A stretch of 64,000 nucleotides of DNA from Burkholderiales bacterium (GCA_030603635.1 JAUVXK010000001.1:4408-68407); one strand, 5' to 3'; shown: positions 48,817-58,438, counted from the first letter of the stretch. Notes: generated by a model from the letters alone, not told the origin. Numbers and translations are program-made.

Positions 48817-49728
48817 TCAGCGCAGTCGGGGGTTGAGCGCATCGCGCAGCCAGTCGCCCAGCAGGTTGACACTCAGGGCGATGAGGACCAGCACCACGCC
48901 GGGGAAGATGGTGATCCACCACTCGCCCGAGAACAGATAGTCGTTGCCGATGCGGATCAGTGTGCCCAGCGAAGGCGACGTGGGCGGAGCGCCCACGCCC
49001 AGGAAGGACAGGGTGGCTTCGGTGATGATGGCCGTGGCCACCTGGATGGTGGCCAGCACCAGCACCGGCCCGAGCACGTTGGGCAGCACGTGCTTGCGCA
49101 TGATGCGCAGCGGCGCGACACCGATGACGCGTGCCGCCTGTACATACTCCTTCTGCCGCTCCACGAGGGTGGAGCCCCGCACCGTGCGGGCGTACTGCAC
49201 CCAGCCCGTGAGCGAAATCGACAGGATGAGCACGCCGAAGGCCAGCGTCTCGTGCGCGTTCGGGAACAGCGCGCGGCCCACACCGGCGATCAGCAAGGCC
49301 ACCAGAATGGCGGGGAAGGACAGCATCACGTCGCACAGGCGCATGAGGAAGGCGTCGAGCCAGCCGCCAAGGAACCCGGCGAGCAGGCCCAGCGTGACAC
49401 CGACCAGCACCGACAGCACGACCGACGCCACGCCCACGGCCAGCGAGATGCGCGCGCCGTACATGAGCGCCGACAGGATGTCGCGACCCTGGTCGTCGGT
49501 GCCCAGCGGGAAGGCCCAGACACCGTCTTCGCTCCAGGCGGGAGGCAGGCGCGCGTTGCTCAATTCGAGCGTCGCCAGGTCGAACGGATTGTGCGGCGCC
49601 ACCCAGGGGGCAAAGGCGGCACTGAACACGCAGATGAAGGCGATCACGGCGGCCGTGATCGCAGTCGGGGAGCTGCGGAAGCTGTACCCGATGTCGCTGT
49701 CGAACCAGCGTTTGAGTGTGGAAATCAT
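48817..49728 (-). CDS. ABC transporter permease (DppC-like)
   Basis: ORF trimmed to MISTLKRWFDSDIGYSF (cat 49726-49728). Binding-protein-dependent transport motif ARVIGVAPLRIMRKHVLPN. Confidence 0.9.
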   Translation of the reverse strand: MISTLKRWFDSDIGYSFRSSPTAITAAVIAFICVFSAAFAPWVAPHNPFDLATLELSNARLPPAWSEDGVWAFPLGTDDQGRDILSALMYGARISLAVGVASVVLSVLVGVTLGLLAGFLGGWLDAFLMRLCDVMLSFPAILVALLIAGVGRALFPNAHETLAFGVLILSISLTGWVQYARTVRGSTLVERQKEYVQAARVIGVAPLRIMRKHVLPNVLGPVLVLATIQVATAIITEATLSFLGVGAPPTSPSLGTLIRIGNDYLFSGEWWITIFPGVVLVLIALSVNLLGDWLRDALNPRLR

Positions 49729-49744
49729 GAGCGGGGTCGCCTCT

Positions 49745-50725
49745 TTAATGACCGCCGGACTTGTCGATGCGCAGGCGCGGATCGACGGCGAAGTACAGCA
49801 GGTCAACGATCAGGTTGATGACGACGAAGATGAGGGCGATCAGGCACAGGTAGGCGGCCATGACCGGGATGTCGGCGAAGGTGACGGCCTGGATGAACAG
49901 CAGCCCCATGCCGGGCCACTGGAACACCGTCTCGGTGATGATGGCGAACGCGATCAGGCCACCGAGCTGCAGACCGGTGATGGTCATCACCGGCACCAGC
50001 GTGTTCTTCAGCGCGTGGCCGAAGTGCACCGCCCGGTCGCTGAGGCCACGGGCGCGGGCGAACTTGATGTAGTCGGTGCGCAGCACCTCCAGCATCTCGG
50101 CGCGCACCAGCCGCATGATCAGCGTGAGCTGGAAGATGGCCAGGGTCACCGCCGGCAGCGTGATGTGGTGCCAGCCCTTGGCGGTGAGCAGGCCCGTGGT
50201 CCAGCCGCCGAGGTTGACCACCTCACCGCGGCCGAAGCTCGGGAACCAGCCCAGCTGCACCGCGAATACCAGAATCAGCAGGATGCCGATCAGGAAGGTG
50301 GGCAGCGACACGCCCAGCAGCGACACGGTCATGAACACCTGGCTCAGGAAAGAGCCCCGGCGCAGCGCCGCGTACACGCCCATCGGGATGCCCACGATCA
50401 GCGCCATCAGGGCGGCCACCAGCGCCAGCTCCAGCGTGGCGGGAAAACGTTCCGCGATGAGCTGCGAGACCGGAGTCCCCTGACGCAGGCTGATGCCGAA
50501 CTGGCCCTGCGCGGCGTTGCTGAGAAAGTGCCAGAACTGGATCACGAAGGGCTGATCGAGTCCGAGCGCGGCGCGCATCTCGGCCACCTGCGCGGGAGTG
50601 GCGTCCTGTCCCAGCAGGAAGACGATCGGGTCGCCCACGTACTGGAACAGCATGAATGAAACGAAGGCCACGGCGACCATGACGAGCACGGCCTGCCCGA
50701 GCCTTCGAAGGATGAAAGCCAGCAT
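49745..50725 (-). CDS. ABC transporter permease (DppB-like)
   Basis: MLAFILRRLGQAVLVMVAVAFVSF, and DYIKFARARGLSDRAVHFGHALKN. Confidence 0.9.
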   Translation of the reverse strand: MLAFILRRLGQAVLVMVAVAFVSFMLFQYVGDPIVFLLGQDATPAQVAEMRAALGLDQPFVIQFWHFLSNAAQGQFGISLRQGTPVSQLIAERFPATLELALVAALMALIVGIPMGVYAALRRGSFLSQVFMTVSLLGVSLPTFLIGILLILVFAVQLGWFPSFGRGEVVNLGGWTTGLLTAKGWHHITLPAVTLAIFQLTLIMRLVRAEMLEVLRTDYIKFARARGLSDRAVHFGHALKNTLVPVMTITGLQLGGLIAFAIITETVFQWPGMGLLFIQAVTFADIPVMAAYLCLIALIFVVINLIVDLLYFAVDPRLRIDKSGGH

Positions 50726-50735
50726 GTCGGTAGGT

Positions 50736-50772
50736 CCAAGAAGGGGCGTCGGACCTGTTGGCCCGACGCCCC
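50736..50772 (-). terminator. stem-loop/partial terminator between the binding-protein gene and the permease genes
   Basis: On the minus strand: GGGGCGTCGG (50772-50763), 10-nt loop, CCGACGCCCC (50752-50743), then TTCTTGG. Confidence 0.45.
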
Positions 50773-50795
50773 GTGTGAGAACGATCCTTGAGGGA

Positions 50796-52367
50796 TCAGT
50801 TGACCTTGATCAGACGCCAGTCGAGGCGGTTGTCCGGACGGTGGACCACCTCGATGTTGCGCTTCATGGCCCAGGGAATGACCTGGTTGTGCAACGGGAT
50901 GTGCGCCACGTCGTCGTTCTGCAGCTTCAGTGCCTCGGTCATGAGTGCGGTGCGCTTGGCAGCGTCCATCTCGACCTTGATCTGGTCGACCAGGGCGTCC
51001 ATCTTGGGGTTGCTGTAGCGACCGACGTTGTAGTTGCCGTCACCGCCCTGGCCCGGCGAGCGCACCAGCGACTGGAGGGAGTAGAGCGCGTCGAAGGTGG
51101 GCACGCCCCAGCCCAGCATGTAGATGCTGGCCTCGTGGCGCTGGATCATCGGGAAGTAGGTGACCAGCGGCATGGTGCGCAGCTTGGCGCGCACGCCGAT
51201 GCGAGCCCACATGGCCGTCACGGCCTGGCAGATCTGTTCGTCGTTGATGTAACGGTTGTTCGGGCAGGCGAAGTCCACCTCGAAGCCGTTCGGGTAACCG
51301 GCATCGGCCAGCAGCTTCTGGGCGGCGGCCACGTCGTACGGGAAGCGCTGGTGCACCGACTCCGCCCAGCCAGCCACCTGGGGTGCCACCAGGGCGCCGG
51401 TGGTCTGGCCCAGGCCGCGCATGGTGACCCGGGTGATGGTGTTGGCGTCGATGGCCTGGTACAGCGCCTTGCGCACGCGCACGTCTTTCAGCGGGTTCTT
51501 GCCCTTGACGTCGCTGCCCACGAGCTCGTCGCGGTGCTGGTCCATGCCGAAGAAGATGGTGCGGTTCTCGATGCCGTCGATCACCTTCAGGTTGGCGTTG
51601 GATCGGATGCGCGGCAGGTCCTGAGGGCTGGGGTCGAGCACGAAATCGACCTCGCCCGACAGCAGGGCGGCCATGCGGGTGGCCACGGCGCTGACGGGGG
51701 TGTAGACGATCTCGGTCACATTGGTGGGCGCGGTGCCCCACCAGTTCGGATTGCGCGTCAGCACCAGGCGCTGATCCGGCTGCCATTCCTTGAGCATGAA
51801 GGGACCGGTGCCCATGGCATTGCGGTGAGCGAAGTTCTCGTCCTGGGTCTTGATGTCCTTGGGGGCGACGGAGTTGTTCTTCTCGGCCCAAGCCTTGCTC
51901 ATCATACGCAGTTCGGTCATCTGGTTGAGCAGCACCGGATTGAACGCCTTGGTGAACACGTCGATCGTGCGGTTGTCCACTTTCACCACGCGGTCGATGC
52001 CCTGGATGTAGGGCGTGAAGTTGGAGGTGGGCGCCATCGCGCGCTGGATGGAGAACACCGCGTCGTCGGCCGTGAAGTCCGAGCCGTCGTGGAACTTCAC
52101 CCCGGTGCGCAGCGTCATGCGCAGCTGCGTGGGCGACACCTGCGTCCAGGACGTGGCGAGGACGGGTTCGATCTTGAAGGTTTGGCTGTTGTAGTAGACC
52201 AGGCTTTCATAGACCGCTGCGTGGATGCCGTTTTGCAGCGCGTTGTTCTGGGAATGGATGTCCCAGGTGGCGATGTCGCTGGCGCTGGACCATTTGAAGG
52301 TCTTGGCGTGCACCTGGGCTGCTCCCAGGGCGAGCAGGGCGGACAGGGCAATGAGTCGAAGTTTCAT
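50796..52367 (-). CDS. ABC transporter substrate-binding protein, family 5 (peptide/nickel type)
   Basis: Signal peptide MKLRLIALSALLALGAAQVHA. 523 aa. First gene of the five-gene transporter operon. Confidence 0.9.
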   Translation of the reverse strand: MKLRLIALSALLALGAAQVHAKTFKWSSASDIATWDIHSQNNALQNGIHAAVYESLVYYNSQTFKIEPVLATSWTQVSPTQLRMTLRTGVKFHDGSDFTADDAVFSIQRAMAPTSNFTPYIQGIDRVVKVDNRTIDVFTKAFNPVLLNQMTELRMMSKAWAEKNNSVAPKDIKTQDENFAHRNAMGTGPFMLKEWQPDQRLVLTRNPNWWGTAPTNVTEIVYTPVSAVATRMAALLSGEVDFVLDPSPQDLPRIRSNANLKVIDGIENRTIFFGMDQHRDELVGSDVKGKNPLKDVRVRKALYQAIDANTITRVTMRGLGQTTGALVAPQVAGWAESVHQRFPYDVAAAQKLLADAGYPNGFEVDFACPNNRYINDEQICQAVTAMWARIGVRAKLRTMPLVTYFPMIQRHEASIYMLGWGVPTFDALYSLQSLVRSPGQGGDGNYNVGRYSNPKMDALVDQIKVEMDAAKRTALMTEALKLQNDDVAHIPLHNQVIPWAMKRNIEVVHRPDNRLDWRLIKVN

Positions 52368-52470
52368 GTACTTGACACCTCAAAATATTTAAAGCTTCAA
52401 CTATGCAACATCCGTGCCTGTCGGGTCGTTGGGAGTTACCCGAATATGTCACTCAAACGACAGGTGCGCC

Positions 52471-53526
52471 TCAGGACTCACCGAGCGACACGCCGATCTG
52501 GCGGGCGGTCTGCAGCAGCGGGTGGTCGAGCGGTACCTTGCGGTGCTGGTGCGCCACCTCGGCAAGTGCGATGCTGTCGAGCCGTCCCTGCTGGAGCGTG
52601 ACCATGCGGTTGAACTGTCCGTGGATGACGAGCTGCGCGGCCTGGTTGCCGAACTGGGTGGCCAGCACCCGGTCGAATGGGGTGGGCGAACCGCCGCGCT
52701 GCACGTGACCCAGCACGGTGGCGCGCACCTCGCTGTGGAGCAGCGGTTGCAGCTGCTCGCGCAGGGCATGGGCCACGCCCCCGAGGCGGATCGGGTCCGG
52801 GCTGTCGGCGATTCGGCGCTCCACGGTGAGTGCGCCGCCCTGGGGCTTGGCGCCTTCACCGATGCAGATCACGGTGTGGCGCTCGCGTTGCTCGCGTTCG
52901 CGGCACACCCGGGCCACGGCCTCGATGTCGTAATCGATCTCGGGCAGCAGGATCACGTCGGCGGCGCCAGCGATCCCGGCCTCCAGCGCGATCCAGCCGG
53001 CGTAGCGGCCCATGGTCTCGACGATCATGACCCGGCTGTGGCTCTGCCCCGTGGTCTGGATGCGCTCCAGGGCGTCGGTGACGGTGGCCACGGCGGTGTC
53101 GAAACCGAAGCTGCGCTCGCACCCCACGATGTCGTTGTCGATGGTCTTGGGCACGCCCACGATGGGCAACCCCTGCTGGGCCAGGCCGTGCGCGATGGCC
53201 ATGCTGCCGTCGCCGCCGATGACGACCAGCGCGTCGAGTCCGAGGCGCCGGGCATGGGCCAGGGTCTGGGCCGTGGCGTCGGGCGTGGCCAACGGGTTGG
53301 CCTTGTTGGTGGTACCCAGGATGGTGCCCCCCAGCATGAGGATGCCGCTGACCGAGGCCCAGTCGAGTGGCCGGGTGCGGGTCGTGGGCCCCAGGAGGCC
53401 GGCGAAGCCGTCCTCGATGCCGATGACCTGCGCACCGGCCTGGCGCAACAGGGATTTGGTGACCGCCCGGATCACCGCATTGAGGCCGGGACAATCGCCT
53501 CCTCCGGTCAGGACGCCAATGCGCAT
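52471..53526 (-). CDS. pfk: 6-phosphofructokinase (phosphoryl donor not determinable from sequence alone)
   Basis: ORF 52471..53730 trimmed to MRIGVLTGGGDCPGLNAVIRAV (cat 53524-53526, AAGGAGAA upstream). VVIGGDGSM, GVPKTIDNDI and MGRYAGW. Confidence 0.9.
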   Translation of the reverse strand: MRIGVLTGGGDCPGLNAVIRAVTKSLLRQAGAQVIGIEDGFAGLLGPTTRTRPLDWASVSGILMLGGTILGTTNKANPLATPDATAQTLAHARRLGLDALVVIGGDGSMAIAHGLAQQGLPIVGVPKTIDNDIVGCERSFGFDTAVATVTDALERIQTTGQSHSRVMIVETMGRYAGWIALEAGIAGAADVILLPEIDYDIEAVARVCREREQRERHTVICIGEGAKPQGGALTVERRIADSPDPIRLGGVAHALREQLQPLLHSEVRATVLGHVQRGGSPTPFDRVLATQFGNQAAQLVIHGQFNRMVTLQQGRLDSIALAEVAHQHRKVPLDHPLLQTARQIGVSLGES

Positions 53527-53546
53527 GGGGTTCTCCTTCGGCGGTA

Positions 53547-54806
53547 TCAGGGCCGTGGCCACAACGCCCACAGCTGCAGCGGCTGCTTGATGCCGGCTGC
53601 GAGGGTATAGGCCTCGTCGCCCCAGCCGGTGAAAAAATCGGCCCGCACGGCCCCCACGATGGCGCCACCCGTGTCCTGTGCCAGCACCAGCCGGCGCACG
53701 TGGGCGTGCGGGCCGGGTGAATGCATCCACACCGGGGTCCCGTAGGGAATGCTGTCGCGATCCACCGCGATCGAGCGCCCAGGGGTGAGCGCCACGCCCT
53801 GGGCGCCCCGTGGGCCGAACTGGGCATCCAGTTCGTTCAGGGGCTCCTCGCGGAAGAACACCGTGCGCGGGTTGCTCCAGAGCATTTCGTTGACGCGGTC
53901 CGGGTTCTGCACCGCCCAGGCGCGAATGGCTTCCCAGGTGCCGTCACGGATCAGGCCCCGGTCGAGCAGCCAGCGCGCCACGCTGCGGTAGGGGTGCCCG
54001 TTGTGGCCGGCAAAGGCCAGCCTCACGGTCTGCTGCCGGCCATCGGGCTCGGTGAACACGATGCGTCCGGACCCCTGGATCTGCAGCAGCAACGCGTCCA
54101 GCGGGTCGGCGAGCCAGGCGATCTCGCGTCCCTGCAGCTGGTGGCGTGCGGCGGGATCGTTGACCATCTGCTCGCGGGTGAACCACGGCTGACCGGCGCG
54201 CAACGTGGACGGCAGGCTGTGCAGCGGGGTCTGGTGCACGTCGTCGCGCACGCGGCGGGCCGGCAGCACCGGCTCGTAGTAGCCCGTCAGCAGACCCTGG
54301 GCCTGACCACCCGGTGCCTGCACGCGGTAGGGCTGCAGGCGCCGCATGACCCAGGCGTGCTGCTCTTCCAGCGAGGCGATGCTGTGCTGGCGCACCTCGG
54401 CGCACAGGGCGCCGAGCACGGGCGCGGGGCGTTCGCAACTGCGCAGCCAGGCGTTCCAGGCTTCGTGCAGCGCATCGCGTCCCCAACCCGGGATTTCGCT
54501 CCATCGCACCGGTTGCCAGACGCTCTTGCCCCGCTGCAGTGGCGGAGGCAGGGGCTGGCTGTCGGCCCATTGCCAGGCGGCGTGTTCGGGGGTGACGATG
54601 GGGTCGGGCCAACGCTCGTCCAGCGAGATGGGCGGCACCACGGGTGCCGGTACCGGGGCGGGAACCGGTTGCATGGGGGGCGATACCGGCACCGGCGCCG
54701 GGGTTTCCGGGAGCGGCGGGGTGGCGCAGGCGGCCAGGGTGCCTACAATCAAGGGCCACGCCACCCTGCGCCCCGCGAGGCGCAACCACACCGTCCATGC
54801 CCCCAT
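53547..54806 (-). CDS. mltA: membrane-bound lytic murein transglycosylase A
   Basis: GYYEPVL, LAFAGHNGHPYRSVARWL and the 3D domain GVALTPGRSIAVDRDSIPYGTPVWM. Start set at MGAWTVWLRLAGRRVAWPLIVGTLAAC (lipobox; cat 54804-54806); upstream alternatives exist up to 54944. Confidence 0.85.
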   Translation of the reverse strand: MGAWTVWLRLAGRRVAWPLIVGTLAACATPPLPETPAPVPVSPPMQPVPAPVPAPVVPPISLDERWPDPIVTPEHAAWQWADSQPLPPPLQRGKSVWQPVRWSEIPGWGRDALHEAWNAWLRSCERPAPVLGALCAEVRQHSIASLEEQHAWVMRRLQPYRVQAPGGQAQGLLTGYYEPVLPARRVRDDVHQTPLHSLPSTLRAGQPWFTREQMVNDPAARHQLQGREIAWLADPLDALLLQIQGSGRIVFTEPDGRQQTVRLAFAGHNGHPYRSVARWLLDRGLIRDGTWEAIRAWAVQNPDRVNEMLWSNPRTVFFREEPLNELDAQFGPRGAQGVALTPGRSIAVDRDSIPYGTPVWMHSPGPHAHVRRLVLAQDTGGAIVGAVRADFFTGWGDEAYTLAAGIKQPLQLWALWPRP

Positions 54807-54963
54807 GACCCTGTTGTTGCTCGAAATGCTGGGCGCCTTGCTCATCTTCCTGTTCATCATCTGGTGGACCATGTTTTCCGGGCGCAAGAAAGGCGAACTG
54901 CCCGAGGACGTGGAGCGCGAGAAGGCGCAGCCACGGACAGACAACGGGAAGCCGAAAGCCTGA
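54805..54963 (+). CDS. possible 52-aa single-pass membrane peptide
   Basis: My own translation: MTLLLLEMLGALLIFLFIIWWTMFSGRKKGELPEDVEREKAQPRTDNGKPKA. One clean TM helix plus a charged tail. No Shine-Dalgarno. GC3 is uninformative because third positions coincide with the opposite-strand frame. Confidence 0.3.
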   Translation: MTLLLLEMLGALLIFLFIIWWTMFSGRKKGELPEDVEREKAQPRTDNGKPKA

Positions 54964-54966
54964 GTT

Positions 54967-55599
54967 TCACAGATCGCGCAGCAGGTTGACCAGTTCCACC
55001 GCCGAGCGAACCCCCATCTTGTCGAACACGTGGGCCCGGTGCACCTCCACGGTGCGCACGCTGATGCCCAGTTCGTCGGCCACGAGCTTGTTCGGCAGCC
55101 CGGACGCGATCAGCCGCATGACGTCGCGCTCGCGCTCGGTCAGCGCATCCACCCGGGCACGCAGTTCGCGGCGCGCCTGACGTTGCGTCTGCACCGCACC
55201 CGACCGCAGCAGCGCCTGCTCCACCCGATCGACAAGGGCGTTGTCGGAAAACGGTTTTTCGCAAAAGTCGTAGGCTCCGCGCTTGACCGCGTCGACCGCC
55301 GTGGAGACGTCGGCATGTCCGCTCAGGAAGATGATGGGCAGGGTATCGAACCAGTCCAGTTCCCGCAGTCGCTCGAACAACGCCAAGCCGCTCATGCCGG
55401 GCATGCGCACGTCCAGCAGCAGACAGGCTGGTGAACGGGGCTCGTTCCAGCCACTGACCTCGTCCCAGAAATGCTCGGCGCTCTCGTACGGGATGCTCAG
55501 CAGGCGCCGGGTGCGCAGCAGCCAGCCCAGCGCGTCGCGCACGCTGGCATCGTCGTCCACCACGTAGACGCAGGCATCGGCCGGGAGCTGGGCATTCAT
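54967..55599 (-). CDS. FixJ/LuxR-family response regulator
   Basis: ORF trimmed to MNAQLPADACVYVVDDDASVRDAL (cat 55597-55599). LLDVRMPGMSG. LuxR HTH LTERERDVMRLIASGLPNKLVADELGISVRTVEVHRAHV. Confidence 0.9.
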   Translation of the reverse strand: MNAQLPADACVYVVDDDASVRDALGWLLRTRRLLSIPYESAEHFWDEVSGWNEPRSPACLLLDVRMPGMSGLALFERLRELDWFDTLPIIFLSGHADVSTAVDAVKRGAYDFCEKPFSDNALVDRVEQALLRSGAVQTQRQARRELRARVDALTERERDVMRLIASGLPNKLVADELGISVRTVEVHRAHVFDKMGVRSAVELVNLLRDL

Positions 55600-55609
55600 C
55601 AGACCGTCA

Positions 55610-57631
55610 TCATAGAGTGTTGGCGACGGGCAGGGTGAAGCGGAACACCGTGCCGCAGGGCTGCTGGGGTTCGAACCGCAGACCCCCGCCATGCTGTTCC
55701 ACCACCGTACGGCACAGGTTCAGCCCCAGGCCCATCCCTTCGGGCTTGGTGGTGAAGAACGGGGTGAAGAGGCGCTCGGCGTCCTCGGCGGAAATGCCAC
55801 GCCCATGGTCCGCCACGGAAAACTCGACCCAGCGCAGGGTGCTGTGGACCGACGCGGTGCGCACGGGCTGAGCGCTCAGGCGCAGGCGCCGCAGACCGCT
55901 GTGGGTGGACGGCTCACCCGGCGGCATGGCCTGCATGCCGTTGCGCGCGAGGTTGAGCAGCACCTGCTCAACCATGGTCCGGTCGCACCAGACCGGCGGG
56001 CAGTCGTCGGCCACACGGATGTCGATCGCGATGCCGAGCTTGCGGCCCTGCAGCTGCACCAGGGGCAGGATGGCGTCGAACAGCGCGGCCACGGGGACGG
56101 CCTCGCGTTCGCGCTCACGCCGACGCACCAGATCGCCGACACTGCGTATGACACGACCCGCACGCTCGGCCTGCTCCAGGATGCGCTGGATCGCGGTGCG
56201 CAACTCGGCGGTATCAAGAGCCGCCTGGGGCGGGCCGATCAGGTTGAGCGAACCGGTGGCATAGCTGGAGATGGCCGCCAGGGGCTGATTCAACTCATGG
56301 CTGATGAGCGAGGCCATCTCGCCGGCCATGGCCAGCCTTGCCGTGGCCTGCAGCCGCTCCTGGGACGCGCGCGACATCTCCTCGCTGCGGCGCTGCTCGC
56401 TGAGGTCCAGGATGGCACTCATCCAGCCGGTCTGGGTGCCTTGGGCATTGATCAGTGGGGCCTCGATGATCAGCACCGGGAACCGCGTGCCATCGGCGCG
56501 CATGAATTCCGATTCGAAGCCCTCGCGTGGCAGCAGCCGGCCGGCCAGGCGCACCGCCAGCCGCTGTCGGTACTCCTCGATCTGCTCGGGCGGCCAGTAG
56601 GGCGCCGGTACGCTGGTGCCCAGCAGCTGCTCGGCACTCAACCCCACCATCTGACAAAACGCGGGGTTGACGTAGGTGATGCGGCCCTCCATGTCTCGGG
56701 CGCGCAGGCCTGTGACGAGCGAATCTTCCATGGCTTTGCGAAACGCCAGCGCATCGGCCAGTTTCTGCTCGGCCACCTGGCGCCGGCGCAGGTCGCGCGC
56801 CAGCAGCGCCAGCACGCCGAGCAGGCTCAGGGCCAGGGCCCCGACGGAGACGGTGAGCACGTGCGGCAGCCATTCGCCAGCGGTCCGGGGCTGCTCCAGC
56901 CGCAGGATGTAGGTGGCGCCGGGCAGGTCGACGAGCTGGTTGACATGCATGACCGGCAGCCCGGTGGGCAGGTCGCCGACGATCGTCAGCCGCGTGCCGT
57001 CGGGTTCGGTCCAGGCTATGCGCTGGCCGCGCTGCGCCTCTGCGGGAATGAGCTCGGTCAGCAGACCGGCCATGGCGTAGGTGGCGACGAGGTAGCCATC
57101 GGCCTGCCCATCCCGGTTCAACGGCAGGCACATCTCCATGAGCTCGATCCCCTGGCCCTGGGCCAGGGGCCAGAAATAGCTGTTGGAGTAGGCCGGCCCG
57201 CTGACGCGGTCGGCGTTGAGGCAGGCCTGGGTGACGTCCGGCAGTGTGTCGCGGCGGGGGCGGTAGGCATAGACATCGGGCAGATAAGGCGTAAGCCGAG
57301 CGGCCAGCGGTCGCAGTTCGCGATCACGCCACTCGATGTGGACGATTTCCCGCTGGGATGCGAGGATGTCGGCGGCCAGGCCGGGCCAGCTCGCCGGCGT
57401 GGGAGCAAGGCTGTGCAGGGCAACCAGGTTCTGCACGCTGCGCGTGAGGCCGGTGCGCACGTCCATGCTCATGCTGGCGGCGCTGCGCTCCAGCCGGGTC
57501 AGGATCTGGGTTTCTTCGTACTCACGCACCAGAAAGACCAGCACGGCCAGCAGGGCCATGACCAGCAGGCAGGTCAGGCCCCAGAGCAACCAGCGCCGCG
57601 ACAGGCGCCCGAACAAGCGCGGCTGGGCCAC
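55610..57631 (-). CDS. sensor histidine kinase (two TM segments flanking a ~260 aa periplasmic domain, PAS, HisKA, HATPase)
   Basis: H-box ISHELNQPLAAISSYA, N-box LLNLARNGMQAM, and G-boxes ADHGRGI and GMGLGLNLC. GTG start (cac 57629-57631) abuts the nitrilase-family stop codon. Confidence 0.88.
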   Translation of the reverse strand: MAQPRLFGRLSRRWLLWGLTCLLVMALLAVLVFLVREYEETQILTRLERSAASMSMDVRTGLTRSVQNLVALHSLAPTPASWPGLAADILASQREIVHIEWRDRELRPLAARLTPYLPDVYAYRPRRDTLPDVTQACLNADRVSGPAYSNSYFWPLAQGQGIELMEMCLPLNRDGQADGYLVATYAMAGLLTELIPAEAQRGQRIAWTEPDGTRLTIVGDLPTGLPVMHVNQLVDLPGATYILRLEQPRTAGEWLPHVLTVSVGALALSLLGVLALLARDLRRRQVAEQKLADALAFRKAMEDSLVTGLRARDMEGRITYVNPAFCQMVGLSAEQLLGTSVPAPYWPPEQIEEYRQRLAVRLAGRLLPREGFESEFMRADGTRFPVLIIEAPLINAQGTQTGWMSAILDLSEQRRSEEMSRASQERLQATARLAMAGEMASLISHELNQPLAAISSYATGSLNLIGPPQAALDTAELRTAIQRILEQAERAGRVIRSVGDLVRRREREREAVPVAALFDAILPLVQLQGRKLGIAIDIRVADDCPPVWCDRTMVEQVLLNLARNGMQAMPPGEPSTHSGLRRLRLSAQPVRTASVHSTLRWVEFSVADHGRGISAEDAERLFTPFFTTKPEGMGLGLNLCRTVVEQHGGGLRFEPQQPCGTVFRFTLPVANTL

Positions 57632-58438
57632 TTAGAGGCGCCGGTGCTGCAGGGCGGGCAACTGCTGACGCACCTGCCGCAGGCGGTTCATGTCGATGTC
57701 GGCGACAACCACACCGGCACCGCTGGCACGCTGCGCAAGCACCGCACCCCAGGGGTCGATGACCATGCTCTGCCCCCAGGTCTGGCGGCCGTTCTCGTGA
57801 CTCCCGCCCTGGGCGCTGGCGATCAGGAAGGCCTGGTTCTCGATGGCCCGAGCGCGCAGCAGCACCTCCCAGTGGGCCTGGCCGGTGGTGTGGGTGAAGG
57901 CTGCGGGCACGAGAAGCAGGTCGGCATCCAGCAGGCGGTACAGCTCGGGAAAGCGCAGGTCGTAGCACACGCTCAGGCCCACGCGCCAGGTACTTCCCGA
58001 GGCATCGCTCAGCTCGAAAGCGGTGGGCGTGTGGCCTGCGGCCAGCACGGCGGCCTCGTCGTAGCGCTCACGGCCATTGTCGTAACGGAACAGGTGGATC
58101 TTGTCGTAGCGCGCCACCGGCTGGCCGCTGGGCGCGTACACCAGTGTGGCGTTGGCGGCATGGACCGGATCATCGGTGGCCATGGGCAGGGTGCCGCCGA
58201 CGATCCACAGGCCCAACTCGGCGGCGCTGCGGGAGAGAAAGTCCTGGATCGGGCCGCTGCCCGGCGTCTCGGCGATGAGGAGCTTGTCGGCGTCCTGACG
58301 ACCCATGAAGCAGAAATATTCGGGCAGCACCGCCAGTTCGGCTCCGGCCTCGCGGGCCTGCTCCAGCAAGCCACGGGCCTGGGCAAGGTTGCCTTCCAGG
58401 CGGATGCCTGAGACCATCTGTAGGGCAGCGACTTTCAT
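57632..58438 (-). CDS. carbon-nitrogen hydrolase (nitrilase superfamily) protein
   Basis: MKVAALQMVSG...LAVLPEYF (Glu)...YDKIHLF (Lys)...VCYDLRFPELY (Cys). ATGA overlap with yhdP. Confidence 0.88.
   Translation of the reverse strand: MKVAALQMVSGIRLEGNLAQARGLLEQAREAGAELAVLPEYFCFMGRQDADKLLIAETPGSGPIQDFLSRSAAELGLWIVGGTLPMATDDPVHAANATLVYAPSGQPVARYDKIHLFRYDNGRERYDEAAVLAAGHTPTAFELSDASGSTWRVGLSVCYDLRFPELYRLLDADLLLVPAAFTHTTGQAHWEVLLRARAIENQAFLIASAQGGSHENGRQTWGQSMVIDPWGAVLAQRASGAGVVVADIDMNRLRQVRQQLPALQHRRL

Noticed and set aside
55666-55679. GGGGTTCGAACCGC, resembling a tRNA T-arm.
   Set aside because: It lies inside the histidine kinase coding sequence. No acceptor, anticodon or D-arm structure can be built around it.
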